Shown piece by piece: positions 1-9,346 of a stretch of DNA of 64,000 bases. Location: contig CAVQRT010000031.1 in assembly GCA_963715195.1 (NCBI GenBank), positions 271,143-335,142 on the forward strand, written 5' to 3'. Every line of letters starts with the position of its first letter. Position 1 is the first letter of the stretch. Source of the stretch: Thermodesulfovibrionales bacterium (lineage in GTDB: Bacteria; Nitrospirota; Thermodesulfovibrionia; Thermodesulfovibrionales; SM23-35). Below the pieces are notes generated by a model. The model was not told the DNA's origin. It saw nothing but the letters and a program-made list of their open reading frames with translations, and made no database searches. The position numbers were made by a program, and so were the translations under genes.

Positions 1-548
1 GAGGAGAGAAGATCGGAGATGTCCCGGTCCCGGATGAACAGGTTGGTTTTGGCACCGTCTGCAGTGTAACCATCAACGGTATATTCCTCAAGTCAGGTAT
101 CCCTGTTATATCGAAGTTCGGTGGTGTCTTGCAGATAGAGGAAGCTGAACTGTCGAGATTTACTGCACTGATCAGTTACGAAGGTTCATCATTGGACCCG
201 CTCGAAATATTTATCAAGAGCAGGATGACGGATGTCTTGGGTGCAGTTAGAAATCGCTCCGGGAAGATTCTCGCCAGTTTCAGAGAAATACCGGTGGTAA
301 GCATCGAAAAAGCGGAAGAACTCTGGAACGAATTGAGAAAAAATGGCATACGGGGTATTTTGCTCATAGGCAATCCCAACCAGCCACTTCTCGAGATGCC
401 TGTTGGACTTGACAGGGCAGGGATGGTGATCGTTGGCGGACTGAATCCAATTGCTGCACTTGAAGAAGCAGGGATTGCGACGGTAACAAAAGCAATGTCC
501 ACCCTCCACAGGTTCTCTGACCTTGTGAAGTTTACGGAACTTCTCTAA
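1..548 (+). CDS. nrpR: NrpR-family (DUF128) nitrogen transcriptional repressor, 5'-truncated by window edge
   Basis: Frame is open from position 3 (GFGTVCSVTINGIFLKSGIPV...); carries NRD-domain-like motifs SYEGSSLDPLEIFI and GGLNPIAALEEAG. Confidence 0.8.
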   Translation, partial: GEKIGDVPVPDEQVGFGTVCSVTINGIFLKSGIPVISKFGGVLQIEEAELSRFTALISYEGSSLDPLEIFIKSRMTDVLGAVRNRSGKILASFREIPVVSIEKAEELWNELRKNGIRGILLIGNPNQPLLEMPVGLDRAGMVIVGGLNPIAALEEAGIATVTKAMSTLHRFSDLVKFTELL

Positions 549-985
549 GGCTCTTTGGACTTTTCCAGGAAGTCTAAAATATAATCACAGTACTCGTGAT
601 AATCTTTTAAACAATCTGTGATTGAAGAATAAATGCTGTTATAATCAACGACGTCATATTCATGAACCAGAATATTCCTTGTTCCAACACTTCGGGCTAT
701 TCGCCGGGCAAATTCTTCCGGGCAAATACCGCAATCGGCAAGCCTCAGGAAAGTCTCAGCATAATCCAGCGGAGGATTTGTATCTTTTGTTGATAGCTCT
801 GAAATCAAATGATGATTTATATCAATAGCACGGTTGATAATTCTTTCCAGATACCGCTCAAGGGCTGCTTGTTTGATGAAGTCACGTGTTATTTCTTGCA
901 AAGAATATTTGGCTAAGTCAGCGAGATGAACGAGTTCATTCTGAATAAGGGTTATTTTCCTTAAAATAAAGTTTTCCCTTATCAT
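545..985 (-). CDS. HepT-like (DUF86/HEPN) ribonuclease toxin
   Basis: HEPN Rx4H motif with following Tyr (RNILVHEY); overlaps upstream MNT gene by 4 bp. Confidence 0.85.
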   Translation of the reverse strand: MIRENFILRKITLIQNELVHLADLAKYSLQEITRDFIKQAALERYLERIINRAIDINHHLISELSTKDTNPPLDYAETFLRLADCGICPEEFARRIARSVGTRNILVHEYDVVDYNSIYSSITDCLKDYHEYCDYILDFLEKSKEP

Positions 986-1413
986 CTTGTCGCGGCTATC
1001 ATTTCTTTTAATATCTTCTGCCGTTTTTTGATAAGAAATTTCTCAAGCGCAAAAAGAGGCTGAGAGTCGATATATTCTTTGAAGGCAAAAGCTTTATGTG
1101 CAGCATATTCATCCTCGTCACCATAGAGTAAAATCCCTGATGAAATAACTTCGTATCTATGAAATGTATTAACCTTATTGAGATTTGTTAAATCTATTTT
1201 ATTATCTGGGATACCGAACAGATCTGATAAAAAATGTAAGAGCTCAATATAATTGTTGAAATCAGCTATATTTCCTTTCTTTGTCGTTAATACTGCCACA
1301 TCATAATCACTTTCTTCACGGACAGTTCCCATAGCCTGAGAGCCGAAAAGAACAAGAAATTTGATCCCATGTTCGATTGCATATTGTTCAATATTTTCTT
1401 TATTGATTTCCAT
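982..1413 (-). CDS. MntA-like minimal nucleotidyltransferase antitoxin
   Basis: LFGS-x10-DYD motif; paired with HEPN gene; start placed at ATG 1413 (ORF extends to 1431). Confidence 0.85.
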   Translation of the reverse strand: MEINKENIEQYAIEHGIKFLVLFGSQAMGTVREESDYDVAVLTTKKGNIADFNNYIELLHFLSDLFGIPDNKIDLTNLNKVNTFHRYEVISSGILLYGDEDEYAAHKAFAFKEYIDSQPLFALEKFLIKKRQKILKEMIAATR

Positions 1414-1535
1414 GAGTTTAATGTAGCACATAAGCGATGAAACAGCAAAACATACCCCGCAGCTTTACAACGGTTTGCATTTTTTATCAATAATTTACTA
1501 TGCTTAATTATTAAACATTGGGAGGTAAGAAAGGC

Positions 1536-1883
1536 ATGACGATTACTGATAAGGCTGCTGAAAAGGCTCTGGCCATCCTGACCGGCGAAGGCAAAGCGAA
1601 CTGGGGGTTGCGGATATTTGTAGCAGGAGAAAGCTGCTGCGGCCCGTCATTCGGTCTCGATATGCAGGAAGAGCAGAGGCCTGATGATGAAGTTTTAGAG
1701 AAGAACGGTTTGAAGGTTTTCTTGGACAAACACACCATGTCAACGCTCACCGGAAGAGAGCTTGATTATTATGTCGGGGAAGAGGGTGAAGGGTTCGTCT
1801 TCACCGGGGGCGTCTCTACGTGCGGCACCGGAAGCTCTGCATGCGGCACCGGCGGTTCGGGCTGCAGCTCCTGCGGCGAGTAA
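1536..1883 (+). CDS. HesB/IscA-family Fe-S cluster assembly accessory protein
   Basis: ITDKA start, GLRIFVAGESCCGPSFGL, LDY...GFVF motifs; GGAGG RBS at 1521. Confidence 0.85.
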   Translation: MTITDKAAEKALAILTGEGKANWGLRIFVAGESCCGPSFGLDMQEEQRPDDEVLEKNGLKVFLDKHTMSTLTGRELDYYVGEEGEGFVFTGGVSTCGTGSSACGTGGSGCSSCGE

Positions 1884-1892
1884 GACAGAGCG

Positions 1893-2864
1893 GTGTTCCC
1901 CGTTCATCGTCCGCGAAGACTCAGGAAAAATGATACGATCAGGAGAATGGTGAGGGAAACCTCACTGTCTCCTGATCATTTTGTATATCCTCTTTTTGTT
2001 ACCTCCGGCAAAGGCACACGGAAAGAGATATCCTCTATGCCCGGGTGTTATCAAGAGTCTATCGATACCGTAGCCAGGCATGCTAAGGAAGTCTTTGCGC
2101 TCGGCATTCCAGCGGTGATACTCTTCGGCATTCCCGAACACAAGGACGAGACCGGCTCGGGTGCATATGATGATCAGGGCGTCGTTCAGAAGGCTATCAG
2201 GTCAATAAAGAATAAGGTACCTGAATTGTTTGTCGCCACCGATGTTTGTTTGTGCGAATATACAAGCCACGGCCACTGCGGAGTCATAAAAAATGGTGAT
2301 GTGCAGAACGATCTAACCCTTGAATTGCTGGTGAAGGAAGCGGTTTCCCACGCGAAGGCCGGTGCTGATATGGTCGCTCCATCGGATATGATGGACGGAA
2401 GGGTCGGCACAATCCGCGCCGCCCTGGATGAAGAGGGATATGAAGAACTCCCGATTATGTCCTATGCCGCGAAATATGCATCGGCGTTTTACGGCCCGTT
2501 CAGAGATGCTGCCGAATCAACTCCCCAGTTCGGCGACAGGCGCTCATACCAGATGGATCCTGCCAACAGGAGAGAGGCCTTGAAGGAGGTGGCGCTTGAT
2601 GTTCAGGAAGGTGCCGATATTGTTATGGTGAAACCCGCACTTGCATATCTTGACGTTATCTCAGATGTTAAGGACGCTTTTGATGTCCCCGTGGCAGCCT
2701 ACAATGTGAGCGGAGAATATTCACTCGTAAAAGCTGCCGGAAAACTCGGGTGGATAGATGAGCAGCGTGTCATGATGGAGATACTTACCTCGATTAGGCG
2801 TGCAGGGGCTGATCTCATACTTACCTATTTTGCAAAAGAAGCCTCAAAAATTCTCAATAAATAA
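1893..2864 (+). CDS. hemB: Porphobilinogen synthase (Zn type)
   Basis: [50 protein letters not shown] motifs. Confidence 0.97.
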   Translation: MFPVHRPRRLRKNDTIRRMVRETSLSPDHFVYPLFVTSGKGTRKEISSMPGCYQESIDTVARHAKEVFALGIPAVILFGIPEHKDETGSGAYDDQGVVQKAIRSIKNKVPELFVATDVCLCEYTSHGHCGVIKNGDVQNDLTLELLVKEAVSHAKAGADMVAPSDMMDGRVGTIRAALDEEGYEELPIMSYAAKYASAFYGPFRDAAESTPQFGDRRSYQMDPANRREALKEVALDVQEGADIVMVKPALAYLDVISDVKDAFDVPVAAYNVSGEYSLVKAAGKLGWIDEQRVMMEILTSIRRAGADLILTYFAKEASKILNK

Positions 2865-3152
2865 TTATCTGCATCAAAGTTTTCCTTGACGCTTCTTTCC
2901 CCAGGACTTAGCCCAGATTATTCATATACTGTGGTACCTTGACAGGACACAATATTGTCGCTCATTCTCGGTCTTCGACCTCCGAGGAATTTTGCCTCAT
3001 TATTATTGAATACATAGTGTTTGAATATCTGCAAAATAAATCCGCTCAAACACTATGTCCTGTTAGTATCCAAGGAAATTTGTGAATTATATAGGTTAGA
3101 ATGTAAGGGAAAATTTCATGCAATCATATTTATCATAGGAGGGAGGATTAAG

Positions 3153-4208
3153 ATGAAGAAGACGTCCATTATCCTGCTGTCAATGTTCGTTCTTATCGTG
3201 TCAGGGTTTCTTGCGCAGGGGTATTCTGAAGATGTCAAGAAGGAGGATTGTTTCTTCCTGTCGAGTCTTCATCATACGTCGAGGGGGATGGCTTACTGGT
3301 ATGATAAAGCGAATGGCGGTCTTGAAACACTTACCGGCATACCGTATGCAAGTCCGAAACTCGATTGCACTAACTGTCACGTAAAGTCATGTGACGTCTG
3401 TCATAAGACGGTAACCGAAGATAAGTTGTCTTACTCTGTTAAAGCAGCGCAGAATCAGGATGTCTGTCTGAATTGCCATAAACGGGAAAAGACTCTCATG
3501 AAGATTGATAAAGATGCCAATCAGGTTGATGTCCACGTGGACAAGCAGATGCGATGCATGAATTGTCATAGAACGAGAGAAGTCCACGGTGACGGAAAGG
3601 AATATAATTCCATGAAGCAGCCTGGAGCGATCGATGCGAAATGCAAGAAGTGTCATCCGTCGGTTCCCGAAAGTATCTCACATGAGATTCACGGGGATAG
3701 GTTGGAATGTAACGCATGTCACGTCCGTCATGTTGTAAGCTGTCAGAACTGTCATATTGAGACCATTATCAATGAGCGGAAGCGCGTAGATATCAAAGTC
3801 TCCGGATGGTTGTTTCTGATGAATTACGAAGGTAAGGTAACATCAGCAAATACCCAGACATTTGTGGTGCCGGGGAATAAGACCTTCATCTTATTTGCTC
3901 CACAGAACAGTCATTCGATCATGAGGGAGGGACGTAAGTGTGGTGACTGCCATGGTACTGATATCGTCAAACAGGCTCAGAATGGTAAGGTGAAGCTGAC
4001 TTGGCTTGAAAACAATGAATTGAAGAATCTTAAGGGTGTAATCCCTGTCGTTGAGGGAGTGGAATATGATTGTGTATATCAGGATTATAAAAACGGGAAA
4101 TGGCTTCCCATCCAGAATCCACCATCACCTATGGTCCAATATAGCGGCTATGGCAAGCCCTTGACAAAGGATCAGTTGAAGAAACTGGCGCACCCGATGG
4201 GCAGGTAG
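3153..4208 (+). CDS. Periplasmic octaheme c-type cytochrome
   Basis: 8 CxxCH motifs counted; signal-peptide-like N-terminus after GGAGG RBS. Confidence 0.85.
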   Translation: MKKTSIILLSMFVLIVSGFLAQGYSEDVKKEDCFFLSSLHHTSRGMAYWYDKANGGLETLTGIPYASPKLDCTNCHVKSCDVCHKTVTEDKLSYSVKAAQNQDVCLNCHKREKTLMKIDKDANQVDVHVDKQMRCMNCHRTREVHGDGKEYNSMKQPGAIDAKCKKCHPSVPESISHEIHGDRLECNACHVRHVVSCQNCHIETIINERKRVDIKVSGWLFLMNYEGKVTSANTQTFVVPGNKTFILFAPQNSHSIMREGRKCGDCHGTDIVKQAQNGKVKLTWLENNELKNLKGVIPVVEGVEYDCVYQDYKNGKWLPIQNPPSPMVQYSGYGKPLTKDQLKKLAHPMGR

Positions 4209-4261
4209 GTAACGGCTACTTCACAAACAATTATATAGAACGACTTAATACCAATGCAGCT

Positions 4262-4343
4262 TGTCATTCCGGCTTGACCGGAATCTTTCTGAAGAAGAGG
4301 GATTCCCGACCTCCCGAAAGCATTCGGGATTGCGGGAATGACA
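4262..4343. repeat. REP-like paired palindrome (TGTCATT...GAATGACA family)
   Basis: tgtcattccggcttgaccggaatc ... gattccc...gggaatgaca between convergent genes; related copies elsewhere in window. Confidence 0.75.
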
Positions 4344-4368
4344 TATGAGTAATGTCGTAATGTGAAAA

Positions 4369-5361
4369 CTATGCCCCATAAAATTTAGACGGGCCTTGCA
4401 GAACGTGCCATTCAGCTTCTTCAAAGACTTTTATGCACTCCTTGACTGTCATCCCCCGTTTGCCTTCTGTCTCTTTCTCGGTGTCGCGGGGGTTGGCCCC
4501 GGCTTCCGCCCACAGGAGGTTGGCCCCTGCAGCGGCACCAATGACATTCGGCTCGTGAGTGCAGTTGCCTGGTACGTCATACCCCAGCGCCAATCTCACT
4601 ACCGCAAGAATGTGTGCCATCTTTGCCTCGCTGACGATACCATATTGAGCCATATTGGTTCCGGGTATCGGGATTCGCCGTGCTGCCCCACTATACACCG
4701 GTTTGGCGTCACGGGTAATTATTGTCTTTTCTACTAATTCTTCAATAGAATGTTCATTACCAACCGGCTCGACACAAGTACCCAATGATAGTCCGGCTTC
4801 TCTCGCATTTTTAAAAGTCATGAGTCTTTTATTGACAGGAATTGTTGTATCTCGACCTTCACCTAATCTCACAGCATGGTATATTCCCACAAAACCGGTA
4901 TCTTTCAGCTTTTTTGCCTGTTCTCTGGTAAAATCTCCGATGTTTGCAACAAGGACAGTTTCCGGGCGGAGGGATTTCCTGATTTCCCGGGAGATGTTGA
5001 CGAATTTTTCGAACGAATAATCAGCCGTACTCATGATATAAACGGCATTCGCTCCGTCAGCTTCGAGCTGTTTTGCTTTTGCAACAGCTTCCTCCGCTGA
5101 AATTTCAACCCTTTCAGTAAAAACTTTGTTTTTGGCCGCAAACGAACAAAATGAACAGTTCCTAGGGCACGGAGCAATATTTAAACCCACTTGCGCATGA
5201 ACTTCCGCCAGGCCATTGCCTGCATGCTCACTCTTTCTTCGAGAAGCTGCGAGCATCATTGCAGATTCTTCGGAAAAGAGGGGAACCCGGAATAATGAGG
5301 TAATTTCCTCTCTGCTGAGCGATGCTCCGTCTAATGCCTTTTGCAGTATTTCCCTAATCAG
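4369..5361 (-). CDS. Radical SAM protein, biotin-synthase-like, function unknown
   Basis: CPRNCSFC motif; frame open ~34 codons upstream of ATG 5259 to a GGGGGT RBS, so start uncertain (CTG 5361 or ATT 5364/5358). Confidence 0.75.
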   Translation of the reverse strand: MIREILQKALDGASLSREEITSLFRVPLFSEESAMMLAASRRKSEHAGNGLAEVHAQVGLNIAPCPRNCSFCSFAAKNKVFTERVEISAEEAVAKAKQLEADGANAVYIMSTADYSFEKFVNISREIRKSLRPETVLVANIGDFTREQAKKLKDTGFVGIYHAVRLGEGRDTTIPVNKRLMTFKNAREAGLSLGTCVEPVGNEHSIEELVEKTIITRDAKPVYSGAARRIPIPGTNMAQYGIVSEAKMAHILAVVRLALGYDVPGNCTHEPNVIGAAAGANLLWAEAGANPRDTEKETEGKRGMTVKECIKVFEEAEWHVLQGPSKFYGA

Positions 5362-5460
5362 AATACTATACCCCCAGCAAAGTTCTCGCGATCGTGCGAA
5401 TTAATAATTATACCATTGATTCTATGGTAAGCGCGGTCATATGTTGCCGTTAAATTCCAC

Positions 5461-5511
5461 TTGACAGGAAATTCTCATAGGTATAAAATGATATTGACAA
5501 TCATTATCAAT
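5461..5511 (+). promoter_or_regulatory. Sigma70 promoter with Fur-box-like operator
   Basis: TTGACA (5461)-17 bp-TAAAAT (5484), then ATTGACAATCATTATCAAT (5493-5511) just before fur RBS. Confidence 0.75.
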
Positions 5512-5527
5512 AAGGAGATTAGTCGTT

Positions 5528-6001
5528 ATGCCGTGGAGAGATGGATCCGGACCCCCATGGTTGCAGGGGAAATTAAAGGGTTGTGGTTACAGGCTGACAG
5601 TACCGAGAGAAGCCATTCTGGATGTTTTGAGTAACACAAATGAACATCTGTCTGCTGAAGATATTTATCTAAAGGTACACAAGGTGCATCCTGCAATCGG
5701 ATTGACGACTGTGTACCGAACTTTAGAACTGCTGGTGCAAACGGGGATGGTGTTCAAATTCGACTTTGGCGATGGCAGAGCCAGATATGAATTATCTGAA
5801 AGTCCAAAGGGTATTGGGCACCATCACCATCTCGTGTGCACCAAATGCCGCAGGATCGTTGATTATCAGGATTTTATTGATGAAGAAAAAGAGCTCTTGA
5901 AAAAGACCGAACGGGGGCTTTCTAAGAAATATAATTTTCAGATTACGAACCATCTCATCCAGTTTTACGGGTTATGTTCGCGCTGTCTGAAGAGCGGTTA
6001 A
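5528..6001 (+). CDS. fur: Fur-family transcriptional regulator
   Basis: HLSAEDIY, TVYRTL, HHHHLVCTKC and CSRC motifs. Confidence 0.9.
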   Translation: MPWRDGSGPPWLQGKLKGCGYRLTVPREAILDVLSNTNEHLSAEDIYLKVHKVHPAIGLTTVYRTLELLVQTGMVFKFDFGDGRARYELSESPKGIGHHHHLVCTKCRRIVDYQDFIDEEKELLKKTERGLSKKYNFQITNHLIQFYGLCSRCLKSG

Positions 6002-6016
6002 AAAAATTTGTCATAT

Positions 6017-6035
6017 AATGAAAATGATTATCATT
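6017..6035. promoter_or_regulatory. Fur-box-like operator
   Basis: AATGAAAATGATTATCATT, near-palindromic match to Fur consensus, upstream of M50/DUF5320 cluster. Confidence 0.7.
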
Positions 6036-6130
6036 GGCACCAATGGACACGAGACTTTTTGATGACCTGTATAGGAATTTTCTGATCGATGTTTCGATCA
6101 GAATCATAAGGAAGCAGATTTTTCAATACC

Positions 6131-6895
6131 ATGAAAACATTACAATTTAGAAATTGCAAAGTATGCATAAACCCTTTCTGCTCAATTATTGCGGTGATGA
6201 TCATTTTCTCTTGCGTGAAAGTCATGACACCTATTGACGGTTACCGTTTGCACGCTTTTGACTATCTGATTATTTCCTTTCTGATTCTCGTTGGTTCGAT
6301 GGGTTGTCTCTTCTTACACGAGTATGCACATGTTCTGGCATCGAGGAGGATAGGCTTACCGGTTAAGGAAATTACGGTGTCATTGTTTGGAGCTTACACG
6401 TCACTTCATGGTAGCCCTTTGCAACCACGAGAGGCACTCGTTGTATCTATAGCCGGGCCTGTCGCAAATGTCTTTATAGGAATCATTTTCTATGCAGGTT
6501 ACCTTGTTTTCCTGCAATCAGATATTGTCGGTACTATATTCTTTTACCTGAGCGTTTTCAATGGTGTTCTGAGTGCTTACAATTTAATGCCAGTTATGCC
6601 TTTAGATGGAGGATTGATTGTGCGTTCCACATTGTGGTTGGTGAGCGGTAACTGGACATGGGCAACGCGAAGAGCACTCCTCATTGGCAATGGATATGCT
6701 GTACTTTGCATTATCGCAGGAATCATGCTTGTCACCATGCAGCATAGTCTCATCGGTGCCGTTTTATGCGTTCTGGGGTTATCTCTTTGGCAAAGTGAAA
6801 AATTAGCATATCAACGAATGTTGGCAGCAAAAATATTGAACATAGTAAACCCTAAGGGCTATCGAAAGGAGGTGATGAGAGATGCCATTCGGTGA
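6131..6895 (+). CDS. Site-2 protease (peptidase M50) family membrane protein
   Basis: HEYAH zinc motif, AGP, NLMPVMPLDGG; multiple hydrophobic segments; start uncertain. Confidence 0.85.
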   Translation: MKTLQFRNCKVCINPFCSIIAVMIIFSCVKVMTPIDGYRLHAFDYLIISFLILVGSMGCLFLHEYAHVLASRRIGLPVKEITVSLFGAYTSLHGSPLQPREALVVSIAGPVANVFIGIIFYAGYLVFLQSDIVGTIFFYLSVFNGVLSAYNLMPVMPLDGGLIVRSTLWLVSGNWTWATRRALLIGNGYAVLCIIAGIMLVTMQHSLIGAVLCVLGLSLWQSEKLAYQRMLAAKILNIVNPKGYRKEVMRDAIR

Positions 6896-7253
6896 CGGAA
6901 CAGGACCTCAGGGCTTCGGGCCAAGGACAGGAAGAGGGTCAGGATATTGCGCTGGCTTTGGAATGCCTGGTTCCATGAATTCTGTGCCTGGAGGAGCGGG
7001 CTTTGGCTTCGGCCGCGGCAGGGCAATGGGCTGCCAGTGGTTTGGAGGTGGTCGCGGATGGCGGAACTGGTATCGTGCAACTGGATTACCCCACTGGGCA
7101 CGAGCAGGGTATGGATATCCTTATGCACCATCATGTACCGCCAAAGAGGAAACAAACTTTCTTAGGGAAGAGGCAGAATTTCTGAGAAAGCAGCTCGAAG
7201 ACATTCAAAACCGGATCAGTACTTTAGAAAAGGCAGAAACGCAGGAAAGCTGA
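6882..7253 (+). CDS. DUF5320-family Gly/Arg-rich protein
   Basis: MPFGDGTGPQGFGPRTGRGSGYC start, Gly-rich middle, C-terminal coiled coil. Confidence 0.85.
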   Translation: MPFGDGTGPQGFGPRTGRGSGYCAGFGMPGSMNSVPGGAGFGFGRGRAMGCQWFGGGRGWRNWYRATGLPHWARAGYGYPYAPSCTAKEETNFLREEAEFLRKQLEDIQNRISTLEKAETQES

Positions 7254-7385
7254 TATGTCCAATATCAGGTTGCCATTGCGATCTCGCTCCCCCCTTCCTG
7301 TATCAAGAGCAGATGTTTTGAGTATTCTGCCTTGAGAGTGGATCGCAATGGCTTTTTTAAGAAAAGATAAGGGAGGTAACATCAC

Positions 7386-7790
7386 GTGAGAGTTGCAATA
7401 TCTACAGACGGTGAATTTGTATCGGAACATTTCGGAAGATGTCCGTCTTTTACGGTAGTCGATATTGAAGAGGGCATAGTCAGGAGTACCATGGCCTTGG
7501 AAAATCCCGGACATCAGCCAGGGGTTATCCCCCAATTTTTACATCAGAAGGGAGTCAACTGTATTGTGGCAGGCGGCATGGGAATGCGTGCAAGAGGTTT
7601 TTTTGATGAGGTCGGTATGCAAGCGATTCTGGGTATTACAGGAAGGATCGACGATGTAATCCGGAAACTTCAGAACGGAATACTGCAGGGAGGTGAGAGT
7701 CTCTGCAAGCCAGGTGCAGGAAAAGGATATGGTCTTGACAAGGAAGTGTGTGACCATCCAGATGAAGCGCATAAAAAGTGTAAACACTAA
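7386..7790 (+). CDS. NifB/NifX-family (Orange protein-like) cluster-binding protein
   Basis: HFGRC, ENP, GGMG motifs; GGAGG RBS, GTG start. Confidence 0.85.
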   Translation: MRVAISTDGEFVSEHFGRCPSFTVVDIEEGIVRSTMALENPGHQPGVIPQFLHQKGVNCIVAGGMGMRARGFFDEVGMQAILGITGRIDDVIRKLQNGILQGGESLCKPGAGKGYGLDKEVCDHPDEAHKKCKH

Positions 7791-7805
7791 AGAGAGGTGA
7801 TAGAC

Positions 7806-8174
7806 ATGAAAATTTGTATAACGTCACAGGAAGACAATCTCGATGCACAGGTCGATCCCCGCTTTGGCAGATGCCGATATTTTGTTATTGCTGATCCGGA
7901 AACCCTTCAGTATGAGGCGATTGTGAATCCTAATATTGATGCGAGGGGTGGTGCAGGCATACAATCAGGGCAGATTATGGCCGAAAAGCAGGTCAAAGCA
8001 GTTGTCACGGGAAATGTAGGTCCGAATGCTTTTCAGACGCTCAATGCAGCCGGAATTACGGTAGTAACAGGTGCGTCGGGCACTGTCAGGCACGCGATAG
8101 AAAAATACAAGAACGGGGAATTAGAAACAGCCCAGGGACCAACAACCGGCGCCATGATGGCGCACGGGAAATAG
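7806..8174 (+). CDS. NifB/NifX-family (Orange protein-like) cluster-binding protein
   Basis: DPRFGRC, GGAGIQ, TGNVGPNAF motifs. Confidence 0.88.
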   Translation: MKICITSQEDNLDAQVDPRFGRCRYFVIADPETLQYEAIVNPNIDARGGAGIQSGQIMAEKQVKAVVTGNVGPNAFQTLNAAGITVVTGASGTVRHAIEKYKNGELETAQGPTTGAMMAHGK

Positions 8175-8187
8175 GGAGGTGATTGGA

Positions 8188-8403
8188 ATGCCAAGAGGAC
8201 AGGGTCAAGGTTCTGGTTCGGGCGGCGGGATGGGAAGAGGTGCTGGCAGCGCTGGTAGAAGAGGAATGGGAGGTAAAAAAGCTGGAGGCCCGGGAGGTAA
8301 TTGCATCTGCCCCAATTGTGGAGAAAAAGTTGTCCATCAGCAGGGTGTCCCCTGTTACTCAGTCAACTGCTCCAAATGCGGTGCAAAAATGGTGAGGGAA
8401 TAG
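8188..8403 (+). CDS. Small Gly-rich protein with Cys-rich metal-binding C-terminus
   Basis: GGAGGTG RBS; GPGGNCICPNCG...GVPC...CSKCG motif typical of DUF134/NifX-associated small proteins. Confidence 0.75.
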   Translation: MPRGQGQGSGSGGGMGRGAGSAGRRGMGGKKAGGPGGNCICPNCGEKVVHQQGVPCYSVNCSKCGAKMVRE

Positions 8404-8442
8404 AGGTGTTAGAAATGCAATCTCCTTGGAGAGAGGTGGAAT

Positions 8443-9342
8443 ATGCGTAAGGAACAGGAATGTAAAACGAATGAAAGCAGTTCAAAGCGGAATCTCCCGA
8501 CAAGGGAGGAGATTGAAGAGATGCGGGAAAAGCTTGCGCTGCAGGATAATATCGGGCGTATCAGCCACAAAGTTGTTGTACTGTCAGGTAAAGGGGGTGT
8601 CGGCAAGAGTACGGTTGCTACCAATATAGCAGTCGCCCTGTCTGTAAAGGGACAGAAGGTCGGACTGATGGATGTTGATATCCATGGTCCGAGTATTCCT
8701 AAAATGCTGGGACTTGAAGGAAACGTACTGAGAGGAACAGAAACAGGGCTTACGCCGATAGTTTATAGTGATAATTTACGGGTGATGTCAATCGGGTTTA
8801 TCCTGAGGAGTCAGAACGATGCAGTTATTTGGAGGGCACCACTGAAACACAAGCTCATAAGAGATTTTCTTACCGATGTGAAATGGGGTGAGATTGATTA
8901 TCTTATTATTGACTCTCCTCCAGGAACCGGAGACGAACCTCTTTCTGTTGCTCAGTTGATTGAAGATGCAGACGGAGCTGTCATTGTGACAACCCCTCAG
9001 GATGTAGCCCTTATAGATGTACGCAAGGCTATAACGTTTTGTCGTCAGGTAAACCTTCCGGTTTTGGGGGTTGTTGAGAATATGAGTGGCTTTGTTTGCC
9101 CTCATTGTGGTAAGACGGTGAATATATTTAAAACTGGTGGTGGTGAATCAATGGCATCAGATATGGGCGTGCCTTTTCTCGGACGTATACCACTGGAACC
9201 GAAGATTGTCGATGCAGGCGACAGCGGAAAACCGTATTTTGAGTACTACCGGGAGTCGGAAACCGCAAAGGCTTTCAATAGGGTAATAGAAACCCTGCTC
9301 TTGTTGAACTCTCAAAGGAAAACTGCTTCTTCAGGAGAGTGA
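8443..9342 (+). CDS. mrp: Mrp/NBP35 (ApbC) Fe-S carrier ATPase
   Basis: SGKGGVGKS, DVDIHGPS, DSPPGTGD, ENMS..CPHC motifs. Confidence 0.93.
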   Translation: MRKEQECKTNESSSKRNLPTREEIEEMREKLALQDNIGRISHKVVVLSGKGGVGKSTVATNIAVALSVKGQKVGLMDVDIHGPSIPKMLGLEGNVLRGTETGLTPIVYSDNLRVMSIGFILRSQNDAVIWRAPLKHKLIRDFLTDVKWGEIDYLIIDSPPGTGDEPLSVAQLIEDADGAVIVTTPQDVALIDVRKAITFCRQVNLPVLGVVENMSGFVCPHCGKTVNIFKTGGGESMASDMGVPFLGRIPLEPKIVDAGDSGKPYFEYYRESETAKAFNRVIETLLLLNSQRKTASSGE

Positions 9343-9346
9343 ATCC

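Noticed and set aside
4369..5259. Radical SAM as BioB or PylB
   Set aside because: Only general similarity; no bio or pyl genes nearby and no in-frame TAG read-through evidence
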